A DNA stretch of 58,335 nucleotides, counting the filler, from Gonapodya sp. JEL0774 (taxonomy: Eukaryota): the NCBI GenBank assembly GCA_027604505.1. It is 7 parts of 7 records of this genome, joined end to end, with 100 filler letters (N's around TTAATTAATTAA, not from the genome) between each part and the next. Parts side by side here need not be neighbours in the genome. Positions count along the whole stretch, not along the records: positions 33,553 to 41,773 come from JADIIX010000468.1; positions 41,874 to 50,059 come from JADIIX010000469.1; 5 more parts are not named here. One strand, written 5' to 3'. Positions 38,008-50,159 of this stretch are shown here, piece by piece. The notes beneath the pieces were generated by a model that made no database searches, had not been told where the DNA came from, and saw only the letters and a list, made by a program, of their open reading frames with translations. Both the position numbers and the translations under genes were made by a program. The stretch's first letter is position 1. Every line of letters begins with the position of its first letter.

Positions 38008-39652
38008 ATGCACAGCGAAATAGTGTTCGCATTCAGTGGCAGCGAAAATTACCGACTACTCGAGCTTCCGACAGAGCTTATTCCGCTCTTTGAGAGCTCG
38101 AAATACGGTGGATCCGGGTGAGATGTTGCCTTTCGATTGTCGTCCAGTCTCACTTTTGATTTGAAATGATTTCTCACATATTCTTCTCCGATCGCTGCTC
38201 ATCAACAGCCTTGATGCTAGTGCAGATGCTCGTGGACAGCAGAAAGGCAGTTTATCTCAATCTTCGGATGACGAGGATCAAGAAGAGTCTGGGTAGGAGT
38301 CCCCGATCCAACTCGCGGTTCATGAACCGACAGACCGTGTGACACGCAACTTCACAGTCTTATCGTGCGAGGTCTGCCTAATGATGGCCTGTGTGTCGTC
38401 ACTGGTGATGCCACGTATAGTGTTCGTGGACTACAATTCTCCAACTCGATGCTGATACTCGGACCGCAGCGGACTGACGGAAGTCGCGAATGTGTCACAC
38501 AGTTGTCATCATATATGGAACTGACGCAAATGGCACCACGACTGGAGAGGTTGAGAAAGTTGTTGGCTGAACACGTCTTTGATGGCGACCAGGACGAGAT
38601 GGACCTCACAGACGCGCCCGGTTAGTTAATCATTAGCATGAGAGGTGGATCGAATAATTTTAGCTCATTTTTGTTGCGTGTCTCAGCCCTAGACACAGTC
38701 ACCCTTGGATCCGTCACTCAAGCGAGTGACGAAGAGCTCTTTCGAGCCCTCAGGGAACTTCATGCCATTGATATTGATGGTGAGCAATCGCAAAATATAC
38801 GTGTACTTCAACACTCCACGATTTTGCTGCTTTGAAACATGTAGGTCATTGGAAGATCCTCGCTCCTCCCTATATTAAATCGGTCCTCGAAACCGTCCTG
38901 TACGCCGCTGTGGCGGCAGATCGATCGCTAAGTAGCTTGGATCTTGGGTGGTGTGTGGAACAATTCAGGGATAGTGAGCCTGCCACCCGGGAGGACGTAC
39001 TCAGGCATGTCCTGCAAATGTTCTCGGATCAGGTTGAGGGGGATTGTGAGTCGAGACTCGATTGGCCCACTGCTTTTCGAGTGAATGCCCGAAGATTGAT
39101 GGTGCTGGTGATTGGCTTTCAGCGCCAACCTACTCCCTCTCACCTGCACTCATCAGTGCTTTCCTGGGCCTAGATATACTCAAAAGTAGCAAGATCATGC
39201 CGATGACAAAGTTCATGGATGAATGGAGGAAAGCAACCCCTATGGACTTTGATATCGACCTAAGATTGCTGGAAGGGTATTTTGTCGTGGAGATGGACCG
39301 ATTTGTGTCCCATATTCAGTACTTTTCCAAGGATGGTGAGCATCATGAGCACACATCCGTCACCAAGCCAACTAACGAAGTCAAATCTAGATCTCTCCCC
39401 GGAACCCAAGGATCGCTTCCGTGAGCTTTACAGTCGAAAGCAACGCTGGGAGGAGTCCGAGCTCCTGCCTTTTATTCGGGATCTGGCCCCCGATCGGAAG
39501 AAGCTTGACGCCCTACTTCTGAAGGTGAGATTGCCTTGCTCAATCACTGTGCTCTTTGAGGGTGCTTAGCCTCGTTGTGTTCGCTCTTGTAACTTTAGTT
39601 CTCGCGCCTGAGCAGAGCGGGTTCGAATGTCACGTATACAACGAGATTCTGA
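38008..39652 (+). CDS. DCC1: Sister chromatid cohesion protein Dcc1 (Ctf18-RFC subunit)
   Basis: YRLLELP, IVRG.PND.L.V.T..TY.VR..Q.SNSMLI, QASDEEL..AL..L.A..IDG.W, L..EPK.RF.EL...K.RW...EL.PFI.DL, LLLK|FSR. Confidence 0.9.
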
Positions 39653-39765
39653 TGGAGACTGACATCGCTGTCGCATATTCAATGATAATTCTCCCCTGTG
39701 CAGATAATTCTTTTGAATCTTATTTGATCGCAAATTTCTATTTCACTCTCTGGTCAATCGACCAA

Positions 39766-41493
39766 TTATTCGCTGCAAGGCTGGCTGGCATCTGGATCAC
39801 GAACTTCAACCTCCACAACCTGGGACTCCATCGCCACAGTTTTGGTTTCCCTTGAAGTCTGGAGTGTCTGTTTGCCTGCGCCTGCCGTCTGTTCCGACCC
39901 CGTCGACAGTGCCCACGCCACTGCCCAACTTAACAAAAACACGCCCACAATGGCCACTCCGATCCATTCGGACTCGATAGAACCGAGTGTTTCCCAGAAG
40001 GGGCCGGTTGCTGAGTCTCCGAGAAGAGTGCTGGCGAGGTTCAGGGTTTGGAAAATGGAGACAAGGAGCGCGATGAGGAGACTGAGAGTGTGGTGATGGA
40101 TGTTACACATAGTAAGCATTTCTCCAAACCAAAGATGTATCAAAGAATACGGTAGGCACTGCTTCTTCGCACCACGCACCCAACTAGTGTAATGAAAACA
40201 TTGTACTTCCATCTCCTGTCCTTGTTTGCGGAGGCCCAACTGAATGCAGACAGCATGAGGATTCCATCAAGGGTGTCAGCGAGGACCATGCCGCAGGTGA
40301 AAAGGAGTGGAAGGAGAAGAGATGAGGTTGGGGACGAGGCTTGTGCAGTGAACCAAACATTCATGGTAGGTGAGACTCATGTGAGAATGACGGAAAAGAA
40401 TTGAACATACCTTGTATCCCAGCAATCGCCAATACAATGACACCCAGAGCGGTATCAAAACCGAGCCCGAAGAGAACTCCCACCGGGTACATTCGCCATG
40501 GTCTATCCACCGCGCTGATGACAGACTTGAGCAGGAGGGACATGAGCCCACGGGGACCAGAATTTGATGGTTGCTCGGTTTTGAGTTTTTCAGTCACATT
40601 ACTCTCTGGGGCTGGTGAGGTCTCCTTGTCGTCTGAACTGTGTGCTAGCGTGCCGTCTGTTTCGGCTTCCGTACCAGACTCTTTAGAGAGCCTCTCCTTT
40701 CGAAGATCCATAAGCGTGAATACGTTCGCAATCGCGATAACAAGGAGGAAGGTCATGGACATGGACGTCCCAATGATGCCACCAATCCTTGCAAAGCCGT
40801 CCAACCGCTCCTGAACTTCATCCTCTGTAGGAACTTGATCACCATTTCTGAAAGCGGCGCTAACGATGGCGATAAGGGCTATCGTCGCCGTAACAACGAC
40901 ACTCGAGTGGCCCAACGAGAACCAAAAGCCAACCGACACCGGAGGTTGGGACGGATAGCGGGCAAACAAACGGCGCGTAACATTATCAATGGCTGAAAGA
41001 GAAGCATTTCAGATTGTGAAAGTTGAAGCCTGCGATAAGAACCGTATGAACCTCCAAGTCTGTGGTTATAAACTTACCGGCAATATGGTCTGCGTCCAAG
41101 GCATGGCGCTTAAAAATAGACCATCAGGCACTCCTCAATTAAATAATGTCGAAGATTGCACTTACAAGACCCAATGTGTAAGCCAGAGCTAGATTCGCAC
41201 TGAACAGAGCGAGTCGGGACGTGGAGTCGGCGTTGTCTGGATCAGATAGTGATCGAAGCCGGCGGACCTCGATGATCGATGCAACCTAGATCACGCATCA
41301 TTCGAGTATTCCGGAGGGCATTCCATTTGATGCAGGAATTCATTGTTAGGCGGCAGGATGGGAAGCTCAAGGGCAGCACAAACGAAGACACGCCACCCAC
41401 CCCAATGGCAACATTCGATATCGCGATTCCACCCAGAAGTATTGCGATTTTGCGAGCTGATGCTTTGAACTGCGAGCGAACGAGTAAAGACAT
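39766..41493 (-). CDS. NIC1: High-affinity nickel/cobalt permease (NiCoT; Nic1/HoxN family)
   Basis: LGL|RHALDADHIA|AIDNVTRRL, GFWFSLGHSSVV, RPWRMYPVGVLFGLGFDTA, LPLLFTCGMVLADTLDG, YNVFIT. Confidence 0.93.
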
Positions 41494-41773
41494 TCGGCCA
41501 GACACAAGGCTCCTCTCAAGGGATTCGCTCCAAAGATCACACGGTTGAACACTCCGCCACTGCGAGATAAGCGTAAATTTGAAGAAATATTGATTTGTCC
41601 ACACCTTTTAAATACTTTCAGGTCGTTATGTTTCTGGCTCAGGCGTTGATTCTTCGTGCGCCTGCGATTCTCGACGAGTTCAATATTTCCGACATATTCA
41701 TAATGCGCCTCTCGATACTTGAAGGAACACCAGTTTACTAGTAGGTAAAGTAGATGATGACGGATGACACCGT

Positions 41774-41873
41774 NNNNNNNNNNNNNNNNNNNNNNNNNNN
41801 NNNNNNNNNNNNNNNNNTTAATTAATTAANNNNNNNNNNNNNNNNNNNNNNNNNNNNNNNNNNNNNNNNNNNN
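41774..41873. other. Artificial contig linker
   Basis: 44 N + TTAATTAATTAA + 44 N. Confidence 0.98.
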
Positions 41874-42628
41874 AATGTCACTCATGAGAAACTTTTGGGC
41901 TTGCGAAAGGAACGATGTTGTCCCGTGAGGGTTGGCGATGGGTGGTTTCGTTGGTGCGGCGCCTGAGTTGCGCCCGCGCGGAGGAGAATCTAAGGCAAGG
42001 TCCGCGCTCCTCTTATCCAATATGACAGGCATTTGTCTTGTTTGGCTGCGCATATTGGGAAGTGCGAACAGCACCGTGGGGAGGATGAGTTGCTTAGTGC
42101 GATGCGAGTCTGGGAAACATCTTTCCGAAACTCACGCGTCTTGACCACCCAACGGCTGACCAATACTTCTAGGAAATAGAATTAAAGATAGCTACGCAGG
42201 GAAGCTTGCGCGATGATTCAGGGGTTGGTGGAGCTAACGTTGGTCGAATGGGTTGGAACTTCGACCACATCCCTGCATCTTCACGACGCCCCTTCTTTTA
42301 TTCTTATGTACTCCAAACGTACCACCAAAACATCACCTACAATGCACCAGTGCACTCGATCACGCAACAAGTGATGTTTTTGGAGAATGAAGAATTAAAC
42401 TGCATGGACAAGATTCCAAACGGTCCCCTCTAAGGTTGCACGTGTCTGGTTTCTGTCAGTTGACCATCTCAGCAACTAACTAGTATCTTTCCTCAGTGAG
42501 GTGGTTTCACCAGATCAAAACATAACTGAAAAGGCGACCAAAGCACCTACAACAAACCACACCAAGAGTCTATCTAATCAATAGTGAGTTCCACTTGTTC
42601 ACCACCCGACAAACGAGTTTAGACTGCA

Positions 42629-44151
<1,523 letters not shown>

Positions 44152-44869
44152 ATAGAGTACAATGCCGCTCTTTGAATGGCCGTTTGATATTTGTTGGATG
44201 ATTGTGTGTGTCGGATCGAACTGGAGCCCGGGCCGCGACTTACATTAAACGCTGGGTATTATGTAGCTGATTCCCCACCTGGGAGGATCAACTACTGCAG
44301 ATGTAGAGATGAAATCCGTAAATGATGTCGTCTTTGAGATCAAGGACGGAGTTGGTTGTCGGCGTACGTCACTGATGATTTTCGTGGTGCCAGAGTGCCC
44401 ACTGTGGCGGAGTCCTCCACCACTCCCTCCGCCCCACAAAGGAGCTTGCCTGGGAAAGTGGTTCGCAATCGCTCGCCTCTGCTTGCGTTTCTTTCGTCCC
44501 TCTTTTTATCCTCTGAGCATTCCATCGCCGTTCCTCGTCTCAAAATGGGCAAAACCGGCGTTTATCCACCATCCCCACTTTCTCGGCACTTCCAGCCAGA
44601 GGAACAAAGCTTGAAATACAGTAATACCTCTTTTGATACCGATATGCTGGCCGATCACGCTATCTCAGGGGAAAGTGGCGACCGAGGGTCAAGGGAATCG
44701 GTCGCTCATGGACGTGGTTCCAGGGACGCAACAGCCCAAGTAGAGTCTGCTTCCTCAGTAATAGCAGGGAAGACCATATGGACATTAGTAATTGGTGGTA
44801 TTGGTGAGCTACGGTCGAGAGTTTTGTTGGGCCACTCGGGTTTATGCTCATGATATCCCACTCAATCCC

Positions 44870-47132
44870 ATGCTCTCGCCACCAACAGCACTAATTCTTC
44901 TCGTCTCATTCATTCCCGGTGTGCAACCCTCTGTATCGAGATCCGCCCCGAAGCCTTCCAACCTCCACAAAAGAGACGTTCAATCCGTCGCCCAGTTGAC
45001 CCGGTTTTCACTCGGACTAACGGACAAATGGAGCGTGAATGGTTAGTATGAGTATCGTGGTGAACCTAAACGTGGTGGAAGAGGCACGTTTGGATGACAG
45101 GAGGGTTCGCGCAGTGGCTACATAAGTCACCTGTGAATATCAGTTAACAGTGAACGTTTCTCAGAGGAAGGCAAAGGACTTTCGGAGTAAAGCTCACATT
45201 GGAGGAGTTTTTGATATGGGCTGGTGTCTCACAGCTGGTTCCTGCATCCGGAACGTGTCAAAAGTATTCCGTAACTGACGCACTACTTCCTCCACCTCGC
45301 AACTCCAATTATTCCCCGAATACTTATTAGATAACCCGATTCTCTCGTTTTCCCGACCGTCGGCCGCCGACCTCGTTTCCCCCATCAACCCCGGGACCGT
45401 CCTTCCTGTCTCCTTCACATTTCCGTCTGCTGCATCCCTCCCTTCACAATTCCGATCGCTCTCCTCACTCACTTGCACCATCTATGGGGTTCTTAATCCG
45501 TGGGACTCCAAGCAGTACGGCTCACTTGTAGCAGGTGTTCGCTGGGATGGGAAATGGGTCCTCGCATCGAACGTCGTTCTTCCACTCTCATCGGGTGGGA
45601 CTGCAGCTGCTTCCGTACCCATTAACCTTCCCGCGCTGGCAACGGGTGGGACCTACTACCTTCGTGCCGTTTGTGACACGCAAGGGGGTGGAACTGCTGT
45701 CGGATCTGCAAACGGCGGGGTGGGGAATAGGGTGGTTATAAGTGGTTTATCGGGAGCATTCGGGATGCGATACATTGCCCCGGCTGAGTCGCGGACACTT
45801 TGGAGCAACGCATTTCAATGGGATTCAAATGGTGAGTATATACCTTCACCGCTTGGAAAGGCAATATCTTGGATACTGTGATATTGAAGAGAAAACAATC
45901 CAAATACCTTTGAATGTATTCTTTTCCCGACAGACTCCCCTTCTCTCAATATCACCTCCCCCCTCTCCGGCGATCTCATCTCGGTCCTTCAGCCCCTTCA
46001 AGTTCGCTGGACTGCGTTGACAGCAGCCGTTGCTGCTGGCACCGGTTTGACGTGCACCGTAGGATTCTACCAAGACATGTACGCGGAAAGCGTTGGAGGA
46101 GTGAGTTAGGCGACCAGCACGTCAGGTGGTGATTGTGAGAGCCTCGATCCAAACCTTCACCGACCAGGTCACCACACCCCGTTTCACCGCCTACAACCAA
46201 GTGGCTACTGGAATTTCCTACGATCCGGCTACTAATCCCCAAGGCGGTGCAGAAGTCATTCTTTCTTACTCTGTCTTTTCTGAACTTCCGTTCTACTATC
46301 TTCGCGTATCGTGCGCTACGTCCGCGGGAATGACTTACAGTGGTATGGCAGGACCGATGAAAATCGTGTCAGGGGTTGTTCCTGGTCCAAGGAGTGGCTG
46401 GCAACAAACCTGGGCGTTTGCCAATACCGGTGGGTTCTTCCCTCCTTAGGAGCGTTGCACCCCGAGAGAAACCTAGCGTGTACGCTTACTCATTACGGAT
46501 GACGTATTTTAGAAACTTCCCTTCTATCCATCACCAACCCTCTTCCTGGTCAGTATCTTGCGGTTGGCACAGATGTCCAGCAGACCGTCGCTTGGCAACC
46601 AGTCAACGGGACCTTGCTCCCTGCTGGATCTTATAGGTGTAATGTAACATTGCTTAGCAAGTGGGTTTGTGAACGTGATGAAAGATGTGGTTGTGGTGCG
46701 ACGGAAGTTTACTGACCACTGGTCCTTTTCACTGACTATCCGACCATTTCTGTTGCCCCTTGCAATCGAATTTTGCACTCGAATCTGCTCAGTCTCTGGG
46801 ACGATGGTCGCTACCTGCCCTCCTCCCGCAACGCGAAGTTCACCTCGATCACAGCACTCCACGTCGCTATTCCATACAACCCTACTTCTCAGTCCGGTCT
46901 GGGTACCATCACTGTGTTATTCGACGCGGGGTATTATCAACCCGGCGCTCTTCAGTACATTCGCGTGAGTTGCGCCACGACCGTCTCAGGGCCGAGCACA
47001 GTAGGGGGTGTGGGCGGCCCTTTCAAATTCAAGCTCGCCGGAGGGCCAAGTGACGGGGTGATCAGGAGCTGGGCTGGAGGGGAAGGTGTGCCAGATGGCT
47101 ACAAGGGGGACGCAACTGGATACACAGCATGA
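44870..47132 (+). CDS. Secreted protein with three tandem Cys-paired beta-rich repeats
   Basis: Signal peptide MLSPPTALILLVSFIPGVQP and dibasic LHKR. Three modules begin at about 45331, 45934 and 46513 and share P/L.L.(I/F)(T/S).P..,(LT/YR)C(T/N)(I/V) and Y(L/I)R(A/V)(V/S)C.T..G. Stop TGA at 47132. Confidence 0.75.
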
Positions 47133-47306
47133 TAGGGGTGGGGTCGATCAGATTGAATTCGGGGACTAAATTGCTCCAGCGAGCATTGTTACTTGTTTCT
47201 TAATAGCTTCACTTATATTCTTTACGTGCATACATCAAATAGAGCATTTGCGTTACTCTTCGTTTTGTTGATCCGTTCATTTACTAATGGTCCCCAAGTC
47301 ACCATT

Positions 47307-48101
47307 ATGTTGCTTTCGGATCCAACAATGTCCAACTCACCAAGTACCCCACGCGCAGATGACTCCATGGGCTCTTTCGAACAGCAGCTGGAACAGAGAT
47401 TCGAATCCATCTACCGCGCGATTCGATCCGCGGGAATCTCGTGGGGAGCAATCTCTGGGACCCCAAACGAAATAATGCGAGCGCCAATCAAGGATTCAGG
47501 CTGGCGAGGGCGAGCAAAAGAGAAGCACATCAACGCCAACTCCTTAGTAGAAGCTCAAGCAGAAAAGGGGGGATTGGGGAGTGACAATCCAGCATGGTCG
47601 AATCCGTTCTACCCACTCGCGGGACCGCCGTCATCGCCAGAAGAGCAGGCGAAGGTGAACGAATATATCGCTAAGGAGAAGGTGAGTGCTAGATTAATGC
47701 GCTTGTCGTTTTTGCCAAGTTCATCACATCCTCGACTGAAGATCGCCATCACCACGGCACTGAACGACCCGTCTGTTTCCCTCCTCCGTATGACATCTGT
47801 CCTTGCTGCACAAGAGAATTGTGCAGATCTCGAGTACACCTATCGTTCATGTACGCTGGGCACAGCCGCGCGTCCATCTGCTGGGGACACTCCGGTATCT
47901 TGGTGGAGTAGAATCTCAGGTTGTGCCAGAGAAGAAGCTGTCTGGACTGCGTGCGTAGTGGGGCAGAAGAAAATCCTGGAGGATATGGGGTTTGACGACA
48001 AGAGGAGGTCGGTGGAGGAATTGGACTGGATGTTACAGGAGAGCGATAGGAAGTTTTGGGCCGAGAAGACGAGATTATCAGGTGCCGAGAACAAGAGCTG
48101 A
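47307..48101 (+). CDS. Twin CX9C protein, probable mitochondrial intermembrane-space protein
   Basis: ENCADLEYTYRSC (CX9C) and GCAREEAVWTAC (CX9C), followed by Q.KIL..MGF. One intron near 47683. Start codon uncertain. Confidence 0.65.
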   Translation: MLLSDPTMSNSPSTPRADDSMGSFEQQLEQRFESIYRAIRSAGISWGAISGTPNEIMRAPIKDSGWRGRAKEKHINANSLVEAQAEKGGLGSDNPAWSNPFYPLAGPPSSPEEQAKVNEYIAKEKVSARLMRLSFLPSSSHPRLKIAITTALNDPSVSLLRMTSVLAAQENCADLEYTYRSCTLGTAARPSAGDTPVSWWSRISGCAREEAVWTACVVGQKKILEDMGFDDKRRSVEELDWMLQESDRKFWAEKTRLSGAENKS

Positions 48102-48168
48102 CAAAATGAAACGAAGCCCGGCGGGTGTATATAGTCGAATATAGCTATCGTTGCATGGCAGGGGTTCC

Positions 48169-50059
48169 TTACAATCCTCTCCCCTTTGCTGCTTCTGACT
48201 CCTTCAATTCTTCATACAGCTTCTCCAATCTTTCCGTCACTTCACCTTTCTTTGGCTCTTCTTTGCCCCATCCCATCTCAGCACCCGTCTCGCCCCACTC
48301 CCATGTCTTTCCAATTGGCCGACTGTCCACCCACCCAACCCAACTCACTCCCCCAAATGTCCCGGTAACAAACGCCTCGCGGGCACCGTATACATCCATA
48401 AGAGTGAAGCGGTCCTCGCGAACGGGTATGCCGTTTTTCTGACAGAGGTAAACGATGTTGTTCCGGGTTATACCTCGGTGAATATGGTGCGACGGTGATG
48501 TGAGAACAGTGGCCGGTGTTGTGGCAGTCGCATGCGTGACAATGAAGAAGTTGACGCTTGCACCAAGGATTGATTGTTATGTAACTCCTGAAGAATCACC
48601 CATGCAGTGCCGACGAACTCACCTGTTGCATGTCACCACAAATCCATCCTCGTCCAACATCAATGCCTCATCTGCGCCCACCACATTCGAGCTCACACAT
48701 CCCAAAATGCAGTTGATCTTGCTGTGCGAACTCAAAGCCGGATCTTGTACGTCTGGCCTTCCTCTCCTCACCCAACTGGTGGTTAGCTTCAATCCCCGTT
48801 CCTGCTTGCTGAGTCTCTTAAACTCGGGTGCAATAACGATATCCACGGGCCCGATTGTGATCTTGGGATTCTGGTAGGGTGTTGGTTTGAGGCCTCTCGT
48901 AATCATCAAGCGTATGTGCACATCAGAGGCTTGAGACATGCCTTCATTGGCGTCAATGGTACGGTAGATGAGACGAACTAGGTCGCGCGGGGCAATATCT
49001 ATGTCCATAGCGAGGAGGGAAGCACCAGTGTATAAACGTTGCAGATGTGCCTGAGCAAACAGGAGGACCCCGCGGAGGACGCGGAATCCTAAATTGATTG
49101 TTAGCATGATTGCAAGTGTGCAAGGCCCGCAAACATTGGACAGGCACCTTCCCAGACTCCATCCCCAAGCAAAAAGCCTGAGCTAAATACAGGGAGCTTT
49201 GCGACAGGGCGATGCACAAACTCGAAGGCTACACGATTGTTGAATGAATGCCAAGAGATCGGTTGAGACGAGCAAAACAAGTAACATTCGAAGCCACTCA
49301 CTCCCAAAAACTCCTTCACGAACACCGATCAGTACATCCTCGTTCCTGTTGTCTTGCATATACGAATGAGTGCCTTCACGTTTCTGTGAAGTGCTTTCAA
49401 CGGTGTTCACTTCGTTGAGCTCAGGTCTGGCAGCCTTGCTCTTCAAAAAGTCCCATATTGGCTGACACATTCCAAGAACCTTGCGATATTCCAGACCAAG
49501 AGGCTTATGAACACGTTCTTCCTTCTTCTGGCTCCCATTTCCATCCACCGCACTACGATCGACAAACCCTGTTCGCTTCCACGAATCAGAATACCACCAC
49601 TGCGCCCACACTCCGTCCTCCGGCTTTGGTCCTGCGGGCCATGTTAGCATTGCAAGGTCGAACGGTATATCTAGACGCTCGCAGATAAGGCGCAAGGTGG
49701 CTTCTGGGTGGGACGTGAGGTCGTTCGAAAGGATGACAAGGGGTGGATGTGTGGGGTGATTTGAGAGGAGGTGATTGTAGACCTGTAAAATGAACGGGAG
49801 AATGTGCCGTTCCGTGTGAGTTTGCATCATCAAACTCAAATAAGAAACTGAGTTCAGCAATCGTTCGAACCTCAAGCAGGGCCGTATATCCTAGCTCGCT
49901 CACACTAGGCGCTGGAATCTCGTCGTTGTGGCTCGAAAGGACCAGACCGTTGTTCTGTTGATGCCTTTCGCTCCTCTCCTTCTCTCCAGCTGCTGCCCAG
50001 CTCCGCAAAACCTCGTATGGGTCTCGAACCAGAAGAAATTGTCGACGGGAGCGAGCGAA
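48169..50059 (-). CDS. Sulfotransferase-like + class-IV aminotransferase fusion (plant BCAL-like); 5'-truncated
   Basis: N-terminal part: FLLVRDP.EVL.SW, ELGY..L, DL...PE.TLR.IC..L.IPFD.AMLTWPAGPKPEDGVWAQWWY. C-terminal part: VFSSGFLLGDGVWE|GFRV, HLQRL, IRLMITRG.K.T..QNP, SHSKINCI, ADEALMLD.DGFV..CN|SVNFFIV, GITR, EAFVTGTFGG. Confidence 0.88.
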
Positions 50060-50159
50060 NNNNNNNNNNNNNNNNNNNNNNNNNNNNNNNNNNNNNNNNN
50101 NNNTTAATTAATTAANNNNNNNNNNNNNNNNNNNNNNNNNNNNNNNNNNNNNNNNNNNN
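50060..50159. other. Artificial contig linker
   Basis: 44 N + TTAATTAATTAA + 44 N. Confidence 0.98.

Noticed and set aside
44356..44853. 165-aa ORF upstream of the secreted repeat protein
   Set aside because: No recognisable motif or splice link to the downstream gene, whose own ATG and signal peptide start at 44870.
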